Assembly (NCBI GenBank): GCA_016708435.1 | Contig: JADJFV010000035.1 | Span: 64,001-128,000, forward strand | DNA: 64,000 bases | DNA from: Leptospiraceae bacterium | GTDB lineage: Bacteria > Spirochaetota > Leptospiria > Leptospirales > Leptospiraceae | Direction of reading: 5' to 3' | In this document: positions 1 to 9,181 of the stretch, piece after piece | How the letters are laid out: each line of letters opens with the position of its first letter | Numbering within the stretch: the first letter of the stretch is position 1 | Translations under genes and position numbers: made by a program | Notes under the pieces: generated by a model | Told to the model about the DNA's origin: nothing | Seen by the model: only the letters and a program-made list of their open reading frames with translations | The model's database searches: none

Positions 1-45
1 GATGTAAACTTAATCGTTCCATTTAGTTGTAAATCAAGACTTTGT

Positions 46-1160
46 TTGTCTTGCTATCGCAAGAAACTTTTTGGTTGGTCGGTTAATCTTTCTCATATAC
101 TAAACGTAGACTTGCGGCATATTCATGTTACCTTTACAATTCCTGGAACTGTATCTAATATTCTTCTTCAAAGAAGAGGCGAAGTCGAAGATATGATTTC
201 CGTAGCAGCAGAAGTTTACAAGAAAGAATTAATCAAATTCGCAAAACTGAAATTTAAGAAGGAAGAATTTACGATTAGCGACAAAGATTGGTTACCCCTG
301 TCACCTCGAACGGCTTCATCGTGAGAGGTCTATCTTGCTTAATACAACCGTTCTTTTGTCAGATAGATTTCTCACGCTCGAAGTTCCACCCGCTGTCGCC
401 GCTACCGCCAAGCGAGGTTCGAAATGACAGTTTAAATTTTAATCCTCATGTTCATCTCGTGGGGACTACGGCAATTATCCACAAAGAAACGAAAGAAGTT
501 TTGCATCTCTCGTTTTTAAGATACAAGAAATTTGCGTTCTCATGGATGAAAGCTTTTTGTAAACATTACGAAAAAGAAAAAGTCCTTACGAAAGCGGAAT
601 GTCTTGTTATCCAAAACAAATACAAAAATGGTTTTCATGTATATTTTCAGCCGATTGCAGGCGATGAGAAAGAACCATTATTTAGAACAGCGGAGTATAT
701 TGCATCAGGATTTTTTCACAATTCGCAAATTCAAAAAGTAGATGATGGTTCGGCAAGCTTGCCGAGGCAACCAACCGGATTAGCAACTGTTACCTTTCGA
801 TACAAGAGTTGGGTAGAGAAAGATACAAGAGAGAAAAGTTTTCAAGAACAAACAATTGATGTTTATGAATTCATGGCGCGGATGTTATTTTTTCTACCTG
901 AACCAAACCGAAAAATGATTCGTTATTATGGAATCTATGCAAACCGAATAAAAGAAAAGCTTGAGTTCATCGAACAACGAACTTGGGCTAAGGCTATTGA
1001 GAATAGTTTTGACGCAAAACCGCAAAACTGCCCAGACTGTTTTAAAAAGATGCAGCTAACCGTTGTTTATTCATATTCAGCTAGAAAAACGATTGAAGGA
1101 TTAAAAAAGACGCATACTTATTTGAACGGTTACTTTCGACCAAAGGCGCGAGCACCATGA
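46..1160 (+). pseudogene. IS91-family rolling-circle (HUH/Y2) transposase. The N-terminus runs off the window start. The gene is split into two frames by a 133-bp palindromic element inserted at 298-430.
   Basis: A Cys cluster at nt 1-60 (SCKSRLCLSCYRKK) looks like the Zn finger. Motif I is HVTFTIPG, the HUH motif is NPHVHLVGT, and the double-Tyr motif is RYYGIYANR. ORFs 46-324 and 288-1160 are in different frames. The first 48 codons of the second ORF are encoded by the inserted element. Confidence 0.6.
298..430 (+). repeat. Palindromic MITE-like element, copy 1. Its termini are CTGTCACCTCGAAC ... GTTCGAAATGACAG.
   Basis: It has 14-bp terminal inverted repeats plus an inner inverted pair, GTGAGAGGTCTATCT / AGATAGATTTCTCAC. 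Related copies lie at 23725-23858, 32661-32829 and 58407-58507. Confidence 0.75.
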
Positions 1161-1274
1161 TTAATGAGGAACTTTGAATACTAAATTTTGAATGAGATTG
1201 ACATTTTTTACAGCCAAGTTTTTCTTGGATACCAGAGGTATATCTTCACAATAGTCGGGCTTTTAAATTGAGGC

Positions 1275-1412
1275 AAAATTTTACCCCGTTTAGTTCATAA
1301 CACCTTATTATGAATGAAACACAATCCACTTTTGCTTTAAGCTTTTAACTTTGTAGGATAGAAGGAGATAGAATCATGGGAGAAGTTGGATGCAGATTAC
1401 TAGAAAGAGATA
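1275..1412 (+). repeat. Dispersed direct repeat of about 135 bp, copy A (AATTTTACCCCGTTTAGTTCA...GGATGCAGATTACTAGAAAGA)
   Basis: Near-identical copies occur at 3259-3392 and 4036-4158, and a partial copy at 6127-6160. All sit at gene-unit junctions. Confidence 0.8.
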
Positions 1413-1439
1413 ATAGTTTTTCCTGATATCTCTGAGTCA

Positions 1440-1649
1440 ATGTTGAGAGAAAGAGCAGAAATTGTAAGAAAGTCTATTGAAACTTTATCACTAACACATC
1501 AAGGAGAATCACTAGGAAAAATAACATTATCCGCAGGAGTTGCGATGTTTCCGATACATGGAGTAGACAATAATTCTATTATAGCCGCGGCAGATACAGC
1601 TTTATATAAAGCCAAACAAAATGGAAGAAATAGAGTCGAATTTGTATAG
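1440..1649 (+). pseudogene. C-terminal fragment of a GGDEF diguanylate cyclase (remnant)
   Basis: The 69 aa end in YKAKQNGRNRVEFV, the typical GGDEF C-terminus. Upstream domain parts are absent. The fragment starts immediately after repeat copy A. Confidence 0.6.
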
Positions 1650-1731
1650 AATATCTTTATGTTAGGTACACTCAAAGTGAAAGAGATTACAGTAAGAAAA
1701 AATATAACAAACAAAAAAGAGGAGTTTAAAT

Positions 1732-3220
1732 TTGCAGTTTATTGTAGATAATTTTGAATTAGTTACCTTTACTCTTTCTATCCTGGTAATTATTAGTATA
1801 TTTGCCAGTAAGTTTTCAATTCGCTTTGGTCTCCCTTCCTTACTTATTTTTTTAGTAATTGGAATGCTAGCTGGTTCTGATGGAATTGGAAGAATTTTTT
1901 TTGAAGATCATAAAATTTCTCAGATCATAGGAATTATCGCACTAGTGTATATATTATTTGCTGGAGGTCTCGAAACTAATTTACAAGAAACTACTCCTAT
2001 AATTAAAGATGGGCTAATACTTGCCAACCTTGGAGTTTTGTTAACTGCACTTCTAATGGCTTTTCTGGCGTATTATTATTTACATTTTAGTTTTTTAGAA
2101 GCATTTCTTTTAGGTTCGATTGTTTCTTCTACCGATGCGGCTTCTGTATTTGGTTTGCTTCGGACAACAGGGATAGGACTCAAGGGAAAATTAAAACCAC
2201 TTTTAGAATTTGAATCTGGAAGTAATGATACAGCCGCAGTAATTCTCACAACTACTTCCATTCAATTACTTTTGAATCCACAAATTAATTATTGGGGAGT
2301 TGCTCTTTCTGTAGTTTTACAAATTTCTATTGGAAGTCTCATGGGTTATTTCAGTGGGAGGCTAATCGCTATTTTACTCAATAGAATTGGACTAGAGCAT
2401 GAAGGATTGTATACAGTTCTTACGATCGCGTATATATACGCAGTTTATTCAGTCACAAATTTTTTACAGGGAAATGGGTTTCTTGCAGTGTATGTTTGCG
2501 GAATCATATTAGGAAATTCTAAATTTATCCACAAAAGAACTATCATCATGTTTGTAGATGGTCTTTCCTGGCTTATGCAGATTTTAATGTTTTTAACTCT
2601 TGGATTATTAGTTTATCCTTCTAGGCTTATTCCGATTATTATTCATGGAATGGTCTTTGCCTTTTTTTTTCTAACTTTTTGTTGCGAGACCCATTGCAGT
2701 ATTTCTTTGTTCAATAGGTTCCAAGTATACATTCAAAGATAAATTATTTCTTTCTTGGGTAGGACTTAGAGGGGCAACTCCCATTATCCTCGCTACGTTT
2801 CCTTTTACTAGTGGAATAGCACAATCTGAAACTATTTTTAACATTATTTTTTTTATTGTTCTTACTTCATTGCTTCTCCAAGGAAGTACGATTGTTAAGT
2901 CGGCTAACTTACTAGGACTTGCTTTAAAACAAAAAAAGGGCTCTCTCTATCCTTTTGAATTTGAAAACAGAGAAAATAGTCCAACTAAACTAGTAGAATT
3001 TATCGTACCCTATAATTCTGATGTAGCCAATAAACCTCTTGTAGGACTCAAAATTCCAGAAGGTTGTTTGATTACTCTTATTTGCCGAGGCGAGGAGTAT
3101 ATAATTCCCAATGGTAAAGCAATTTTACAAGGAGGAGATGTAATCTTAGTCCTTATGACAAATGATTCCGAGACCGAATTTGGAAAAATTTTATCTTCTC
3201 ACAATCCGATTCTAGATTAA
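1732..3220 (+). pseudogene. K+/H+ antiporter NhaP2/CvrA-type (CPA1 exchanger domain plus C-terminal TrkA-C), frameshifted
   Basis: Frame 1 (1732-2742) has about 10 TM helices and then reads ...FFFLTFCC. A shifted frame gives ARPIAVFLCSIGSKYTFKDKLFLSWVGLRG... and a TrkA-C-like C-terminus (ORF 2870-3220). Deleting one T from the T5 run at 2676-2680 restores a continuous protein (LTFVARPIAV). A T9 run lies at 2662-2670. Confidence 0.6.
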
Positions 3221-3258
3221 GATATTACTATTTCTCTGATTGAATCTGGTAACTTTGT

Positions 3259-3392
3259 AAATTTTACCCCGTTTAGTTCATTACACCTTATTATGAAAGA
3301 AACGAAAGTCCGATTTTGCTTTATGCTTTAGTTTTGTGGGATAGAAGGAAATAGAATTATCGAGAAGTTGGATGCAGATTACTAGAAAGAAA
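3259..3392 (+). repeat. 135-bp dispersed direct repeat, copy B
   Basis: It aligns with 1275-1412 over its full length. Confidence 0.8.
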
Positions 3393-3583
3393 GACTCATA
3401 TAGCCTACACCCAATTAGCCGCTTGGTTAATGGTTAATGAAATTTTATATAGCAAAGATTAATCAATGAGATGCAAATATCGCAAATTTTTCACTGTGCG
3501 CAAGTGCGTAATAACAGGAAAAAAATAATTGAGAGCAAATAGAATTTCTTGACATTGCCTGAATTCTAAACCAGAATAATTTT

Positions 3584-4006
3584 ATGAAGAAGAAATATAA
3601 ACTCAGTGCGATAAATACGAAAGAGGAAGCTATCGAAGAAGCCTATCGTTATTTGGAAAATGCAAAAGAGACACTGTCTAAAATTCCTATCGAAGACGGG
3701 ATTTATATGGATTCTAAATTTGTGCGCGAAGCATCGGGTATTGCGTATTTGGCGCCACTTCTTGCGATTGATGGCTATCTAATCGGGAAAGGAATTCCTA
3801 AAAATAAACTTCCAAAATCCACCGAGCATTACTGGGATGTCATTCCTAAAATTCCTTACAATGCAAAGCTTAGAAATAAATTTACTTCCGTCTATGAGAA
3901 CCTGCATCTCTTTGGTTATTACCGTGGTGGTGTAAATGTTGAAATGATTAAAGATGGAATGAAACACGCAAAAGAAATCGTTGATATGTTTAAAGATGCC
4001 GCTTGA
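3584..4006 (+). CDS. Hypothetical protein of 140 aa. It is a single-gene unit flanked by repeat copies B and C.
   Basis: This is a clean ORF. An AG-rich stretch lies upstream. No family was recognised with confidence. Confidence 0.5.
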   Translation: MKKKYKLSAINTKEEAIEEAYRYLENAKETLSKIPIEDGIYMDSKFVREASGIAYLAPLLAIDGYLIGKGIPKNKLPKSTEHYWDVIPKIPYNAKLRNKFTSVYENLHLFGYYRGGVNVEMIKDGMKHAKEIVDMFKDAA

Positions 4007-4035
4007 GTAATCTCTTTGGGTTAAACTAGACCTAT

Positions 4036-4158
4036 AAAATTTTACCCCGTTTCGTTCAAAGCAACTCTTTATGAATAAGGAGCAATCCGATTTTGCGTTA
4101 AGCTTTTAATTTGTGGGATAGAATTATAGGAGAAGTTGGATGCAAATTGCTAGAACAA
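4036..4158 (+). repeat. 135-bp dispersed direct repeat, copy C
   Basis: It aligns with copies A and B. The middle is divergent but both ends are conserved. Confidence 0.75.
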
Positions 4159-4185
4159 GAAGTTTACAGACCATTAGCCGCTTTA

Positions 4186-4368
4186 CTATTTGTAATTTTC
4201 AATGAAAATAATTGATTCTGCTGCGATAATTGGTTTCGACCAAAAATAGCCTTGTCCATAATCGCAATTTAATTCTTTAAGTTTTATTCTAATATGTTCT
4301 TCTTCTATTCCTTCTGCAACTGTTCGAATTCCCATACTAGATGCCATTTGAATGATTGCATTTACCAA
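4186..4368 (-). pseudogene. C-terminal fragment of an EAL phosphodiesterase domain (remnant)
   Basis: The 60 aa read ...GIRTVAEGIEEE...YGQGYFWSKPI. The rest of the domain is absent. It abuts repeat copy C. Confidence 0.55.
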
Positions 4369-4419
4369 TGATTTCGTCTAGGCGCTGTCCCTCAAGAGTG
4401 AAGAATATAGAAATACAAA

Positions 4420-6042
4420 TTAGGATTGAGTAAGATTTTGTGAATTTTTCTTCAATACATCTATCTGATCATGGAGAGCGGTAACTGAAAGAGAAAGATT
4501 TTCCGTAGAATGATTGATAGTCTCCATGGCTTTGTGAATTTCTTTGTTTCCATTTTTCTGCTCGGAAGCAATTTGACCTATTTGCTCCGAAAGAGTATAC
4601 AAATGATCGAAAGTTTCTTTCAGTTTAAGATTTACTTTTTTCTCAATGTCCACTTGCTCTTCCAATTCTCTGACATCTTTTTCAATTCGTCCAAGATCTG
4701 AATTTTGTTTTTCAACTTTGCTCCTGACTTCAACAGATAATAAATTGCCTTTTTCCATTTGAGCGGAAGATTCTTTTACGATTAAGTCAATTTCTCTGGC
4801 ATTTGTGGATGATTTTTCTGCCAATTTCCCTACTTCCTGAGCGACCACGGCAAATCCTTTTCCATTTTCACCGGCTCTTGCTGCTTCAATGGAAGCGTTG
4901 AGAGAAAGAAGACTGGTCTGGCGAGCAATTTCAGACATCATCTGGTTGATTTTAGTTACTCTCATAAATGATTCTTTTAATTCTACTAGTAATGAATTGA
5001 GTCTATCAGTAGAAATTTTTACTTCCATGCTGTATTTAGAACTGGTTTTAACATCTTTCGCAATCTGATCTGTTTTGCTTTTGACTGTGTTACTGATTTC
5101 ACTCAATTCATCAAAGTCCTGATCTACAATTTTAACTCTTTTGATTTGCTCCTCTACTAATTGAGCAGAGCTTTCAGAAGAGGCGGAGAGTTCTTCTATA
5201 GATGCTGAAATTTCTTCTACCGAGGCAGCTTGATTTTGGGATTGATTGCTCAATGTTCCAGACATTGTTTGAAGATTTGATATTGTATGGACAAGCTGAT
5301 TTGCAGATTCGGACATTCGTTTGGATTGTATTTGAATCATCTGCTGAGCCGAGACGGATAAGTCTAATTCATTTTTCAACTCTCTTTGCATTGAATTCAT
5401 AAGCGAGACTATAATGCTCAAGCAAAAAAGAATTGCCATTAAGAATAGAACTTTTTGGATTTCATTGGATATAACGATACTATTTGCCCATAGCATACCG
5501 GGATAAGAAGCCATTGTTGTCTTCGAGCCAAGAGATATGCTAAAAAAAAGGGAACCAACATATAGGATAATAACACCAAATCCGATGAACAGAAGGGATT
5601 TAGGTTTGAACAGGAATGAGGAATATATAATTATAAAAATAAATACAACATAATAGCTACTAGCATTAATTGCAATGCTCGCATCTCTCGAACTATAATT
5701 GTATATATCTATATAATAAACAAGACCAAGTAACAACAAATCTATAATCAGAATATTGTTCATCCACGAATCCGATATTTCTTTGCCTTGCTTTCGATAT
5801 ACGGAAGGAATAAATCCATTTAGAAAATAAATCAGAGTTCCCGCTAGATTGAAGAAAAAACTGACAGTTCCCCACTCGATCAAAGAGGAAATAAGCAAAA
5901 TGATACTCAAACCGTATTTTGTTTTTATCAGTAAAGAAACTCCTCGGTTAAGTTTTTGAGTATCTAAATTAGTCGATTGGTTAGCTTGCATGCAGATTTT
6001 CCTCCACCCGGTTTGCCAAATACAGCGATGCGATTCAAACAA
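4420..6042 (-). CDS. Methyl-accepting chemotaxis protein
   Basis: It has N-terminal TM segments and a C-terminal MA signalling domain ([37 protein letters not shown]). The start may be an internal Met near 5991. Confidence 0.8.
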   Translation of the reverse strand: MFESHRCIWQTGWRKICMQANQSTNLDTQKLNRGVSLLIKTKYGLSIILLISSLIEWGTVSFFFNLAGTLIYFLNGFIPSVYRKQGKEISDSWMNNILIIDLLLLGLVYYIDIYNYSSRDASIAINASSYYVVFIFIIIYSSFLFKPKSLLFIGFGVIILYVGSLFFSISLGSKTTMASYPGMLWANSIVISNEIQKVLFLMAILFCLSIIVSLMNSMQRELKNELDLSVSAQQMIQIQSKRMSESANQLVHTISNLQTMSGTLSNQSQNQAASVEEISASIEELSASSESSAQLVEEQIKRVKIVDQDFDELSEISNTVKSKTDQIAKDVKTSSKYSMEVKISTDRLNSLLVELKESFMRVTKINQMMSEIARQTSLLSLNASIEAARAGENGKGFAVVAQEVGKLAEKSSTNAREIDLIVKESSAQMEKGNLLSVEVRSKVEKQNSDLGRIEKDVRELEEQVDIEKKVNLKLKETFDHLYTLSEQIGQIASEQKNGNKEIHKAMETINHSTENLSLSVTALHDQIDVLKKNSQNLTQS

Positions 6043-6126
6043 TTACCCTCTTTAAAAAATTTAAATTCTAATACTTCAAGATAAATTAATAAGAACTATT
6101 GTGAGTCATTCATTTTTACAAATGAA

Positions 6127-6160
6127 AATTTTTACTCCGTTTAGTTTAAAACATCTCTCT
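6127..6160 (+). repeat. Partial copy D of the 135-bp repeat (5' ~35 bp only)
   Basis: AAATTTTTACTCCGTTTAGTTTAAAACA matches the 5' end of copies A-C. Confidence 0.5.
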
Positions 6161-6402
6161 TTAGCAACGAAAAAGCCTGTTGGCATCTCTGTCAATTATG
6201 AAGGCAGGGAAGAGCCAGGGGAGCAGTTATTCACGAATCCATTTAGGAGTCCCGCGGTCAGTAACGTCTGCCATTTCTCATTTCCATCATTAGGATGTTG
6301 CCAACCAACTATTTTGCAATTGCAAAGGGCGGCAATGAGTAAAATACCTTTCAAAAACCAAGTCATCGCTATCTTCTTCGAAATTCTCATCTAAATTATA
6401 CA

Positions 6403-6436
6403 TCTACACCACAAAAAAACTGCGAGGTGTTATATC
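6403..6436 (+). repeat. Junction repeat R1 (ACACCACAAAAAAACTGCGAGGTGT), copy 1
   Basis: The same 25-mer recurs at 7240-7262 and 8272-8296. Confidence 0.6.
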
Positions 6437-6578
6437 CCCAATGGCACCGACTGTGATGGTATCAGAGGAAATAGATACAGATGTTCCAAAATTATCATTT
6501 GCCTTTGCTTTGGCTCGTGTAAAAACAAAAAAAGTATTTCCTCTTGACAAAGAGCCAATTTCAAACAAAGTAAGGAGC

Positions 6579-7178
6579 ATGGACAACTTAGCGCGTAAAC
6601 TTTTCACCGAAGAAGAATACTTAGAAATAGAAAGACAGGCAACCGATAAAAGTGAATATTACAAGGGAGAAATCTTCGCTATGGCAGGAGCGAAGCGAAA
6701 GCACAATCTCTTAGTCACAAATCTATGCAGGGAGATCAGTTCCATCCTCAAGAACAATCCCTGCGAAGTCTATCCTTCTAATATGAGAGTAAAAAACAAG
6801 ACAGATAGATTTTATACCTATCCCGATGTAACCATCGTTTGTGGAAAGCCGGAATTCTTGGATGACGACGAAGATGTCCTTACAAATCCAACTGTTATTA
6901 TAGAAGTTTTATCTACTTCTACCGAGAAATACGACAGGGGAGGAAAATTTGCTCTCTATCGAAATATACCTTCCGTTCAAGAATACATTTTGGTAGGCTC
7001 CGAAGAAAAGAAAATAGAGTCCTTCTTTCGCAAAGGAGATGAATGGATTTTTCGGGAATCTAAAAACGAATCTTCATATCACTTCCGCTTACAATCTTTG
7101 GATATAGAACTTTCCTTAGATGACATTTATGAAAAAGTAGAACTACCTCCCAAAAGATTGCGAGAGAATTTTTTATAG
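6579..7178 (+). CDS. Uma2-family (DUF820) putative restriction-endonuclease-like protein
   Basis: Motifs are [25 protein letters not shown] and [38 protein letters not shown]. The ORF track starts at 6441. An internal Met at 6579 gives the typical ~200 aa length. Confidence 0.65.
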   Translation: MDNLARKLFTEEEYLEIERQATDKSEYYKGEIFAMAGAKRKHNLLVTNLCREISSILKNNPCEVYPSNMRVKNKTDRFYTYPDVTIVCGKPEFLDDDEDVLTNPTVIIEVLSTSTEKYDRGGKFALYRNIPSVQEYILVGSEEKKIESFFRKGDEWIFRESKNESSYHFRLQSLDIELSLDDIYEKVELPPKRLRENFL

Positions 7179-7179
7179 T

Positions 7180-7262
7180 CAGGAACGCACATTGAAGAAG
7201 CTATCCTTTGCTCTCCGCCAATTTCGCGCATAATTCAAATACCCCACAAAAAAACTACGAAG
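7180..7262 (+). repeat. Junction repeat: a shared 55-bp segment (CAGGAACGCACATTGAAGAAGCTATCC...ATTTCGCGCATAA) plus an R1-like 25-mer
   Basis: The 55-bp segment recurs at 9129-9183, where it encodes the C-terminus of the PIN protein. Confidence 0.7.
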
Positions 7263-7332
7263 CTTTTTAAGCTGTCTCTACCCTCTTTTTTCTCTTTACA
7301 ATTTAGAATAAGTGGAATGAGATAGAGAAACG

Positions 7333-8223
7333 ATGATTGCGAACTTAGACAACGAAGTATTTTTCAAGAAAGCATTTACGGATACGTTTGTATTGAAGCA
7401 TTTTGTAAAAGATGTTTTGGAAATGGACTTGGACTTTGACAAAGTAGAAACCGAAAAATCTTTCGATCCAAGGATTGGGAATATTGATTTTAAATATGAT
7501 ATTTTTGCAGAGTCTACGGACAAGCGGGTAATCATCGAAATCCAGAAAGTGGATTACGATTACAACTTCGATCGGTTTCTGCATTATTTTTTAATGGCAA
7601 TCGCTGAGCTTCAACGCAGTTCCAAAGACTATGGCATTGAAAAAACTGTATACGCAGTTATATTTATCACAGCTCCCTACAAGATAAATCAAAAGACTGG
7701 AATCCCCATCAAAGATGAACTTTTGATTTCTAACTTGAATCCGAAGAACATCAAGGGCGATGAATTAAATATCTATGGTCATAGTCTGTTATTTTTAAAT
7801 CCGAATTACAAAAATGCTGAAATCCCAGCGCGTATCCGAGATTGGTTGGATTTAGTTTACGAGTCCATGCACAATCCCGAAAAACCGAGCATCAACCAAA
7901 ACAACGACGGAATCAAACGAGCTTCTGAAATTCTAGACTTTGAACATATATCTCCTTCTGAATGGGAACAAAGCAAAATCCGTGAAGGCAGAAAGAAAGT
8001 GCAGCTAATAGCAAAAGAAGAAGGCGTTGAAGAAGGGAAAATTATCGGTAGAGAAGAAGGAATTAACATTGGTGTTGAGAAAGAAAGAGAGCGTTCTGAA
8101 AAAGAAAAAGAGGATGCAATCAGAAAAGCAATTTCTAAACAAAAGCTTTCCTTAGAAGAAATAGCAGAGGTCTTTGGCGTATCAGTGGAATTTGTGCAGC
8201 ATTTGCCCAAGGGCGTGGATTAA
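7333..8223 (+). CDS. Rpn/YhgA-like PD-(D/E)XK nuclease family protein (putative transposase/invertase-type, TIGR01784-like)
   Basis: The N-terminus has FFKKAF...DIFAESTDKRVIIEIQK (D..E.K nuclease core). The C-terminal region is Glu/Lys-rich and coiled. Confidence 0.55.
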   Translation: MIANLDNEVFFKKAFTDTFVLKHFVKDVLEMDLDFDKVETEKSFDPRIGNIDFKYDIFAESTDKRVIIEIQKVDYDYNFDRFLHYFLMAIAELQRSSKDYGIEKTVYAVIFITAPYKINQKTGIPIKDELLISNLNPKNIKGDELNIYGHSLLFLNPNYKNAEIPARIRDWLDLVYESMHNPEKPSINQNNDGIKRASEILDFEHISPSEWEQSKIREGRKKVQLIAKEEGVEEGKIIGREEGINIGVEKERERSEKEKEDAIRKAISKQKLSLEEIAEVFGVSVEFVQHLPKGVD

Positions 8224-8310
8224 CCCACGCCCTTGGGCAAATACGAATAATTGGGCACGCCTAACACCAATACACCACAAAAAAACTGCGAGGTGTGATA
8301 CTCGCAGTTT
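8202..8310 (+). repeat. Junction: a perfect 17-bp inverted repeat spanning the Rpn stop codon, followed by the R2 repeat (CCACGCCCTTGGG...GGGCACGCCTAACA) and then R1 with its own hairpin
   Basis: TTTGCCCAAGGGCGTGG (8202-8218) pairs with CCACGCCCTTGGGCAAA (8225-8241). R2 recurs at 9192-9235. AAACTGCGAG/CTCGCAGTTT forms a hairpin at 8283-8310. Confidence 0.7.
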
Positions 8311-8481
8311 AGAAAGTGATTGGTTATAGTGTGAAAGTTTATTGAATCTTTCGGATTTTGAGGTTGCAGTTATCAGAGAAATAGAGGCGCTGATGCCTTG
8401 CAAGTAAAGCGAACAAAGTGACAGTTGAAATTTTTAGAGACAAAAATCAGTTGATCTTTTCTAGATAGTCAATATTATACT

Positions 8482-8691
8482 TTGATAGGAGAATGTATGA
8501 CAGAAATTACAGTCAAAGTTCCGAATAACTTATTGAGCATTGCACAGAAACTTGTTGCAGACGGCTGGTTCTTGGATGAAAATGAAATTTTTCTATTGGC
8601 ATTTAGAAATTATTTAAGGACTCATTCAGATGAAATTATCACATCTTTCATTAAGGAGGATATTGAATGGGGTCTGAATGGTAAAGAATGA
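8482..8691 (+). CDS. Small antitoxin-like protein (UPF0175-like partner of the downstream PIN gene)
   Basis: The 69-aa ORF overlaps the downstream PIN-like gene start by 14 bp. This is typical antitoxin-toxin architecture. Confidence 0.45.
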   Translation: MIGECMTEITVKVPNNLLSIAQKLVADGWFLDENEIFLLAFRNYLRTHSDEIITSFIKEDIEWGLNGKE

Positions 8692-9181
8692 ATGGATTGT
8701 CGTTTGTGATGCAGGTCCAATTATTCATTTAGATGAATTAAACTGTTTAGATATACTGGATTTCCAAAAGATCTTGGTTCCTATAACTGTTTGGGAAGAA
8801 ATATTACAATACAGGCGCATTCCTTTGGAAAAAATCAAAGGGCTTGAAATCATCGAAAGAACTGATTTTACTACAGAGTTTTTAGAAATATGTAAATTAT
8901 ATGACCTGCATAAAGGAGAGGCTGCCGCTATTTTCTTATCGCTAGAATTGAAGAACTCTATATTGTTTACGGATGATGGGGCTGCGCGGTTATATGCCAA
9001 AAGTAAAAATATTGCTGTTCACGGAACAATCGGGATTCTGCTTCGAGCAGTCAGAAAAAATATCCGAAGCCCAGACAATATTATAGAAATTCTAAAAAAT
9101 ATAAAAACAAATTCTACACTTCATATTTCAGGAACGCTCATTGAAGAAGCTATCCTTGCTATCCGACAAATTCGCGCATAA
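8678..9181 (+). CDS. PIN-like nucleic-acid-binding protein (COG2405/DUF3368 type), putative toxin
   Basis: The N-terminus VVCDAGPIIHLDELNCLDIL matches DUF3368 PIN-like proteins. The protein is 167 aa. Confidence 0.55.
   Translation: MVKNEWIVVCDAGPIIHLDELNCLDILDFQKILVPITVWEEILQYRRIPLEKIKGLEIIERTDFTTEFLEICKLYDLHKGEAAAIFLSLELKNSILFTDDGAARLYAKSKNIAVHGTIGILLRAVRKNIRSPDNIIEILKNIKTNSTLHISGTLIEEAILAIRQIRA

Noticed and set aside
298-430. GGTTCGAAAT inside the MITE resembles a tRNA T-arm (GGTTCGAATCC)
   Set aside because: No acceptor stem, D-arm or anticodon arm can be built around it, and the element is a palindrome. It is not a tRNA.
6101-6394. ORFs 6101-6394 (+) and 6196-6390 (-) between the MCP gene and the Uma2 gene
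   Set aside because: They overlap each other and the partial repeat D, and have no recognisable features. The region is more likely non-coding junction DNA.
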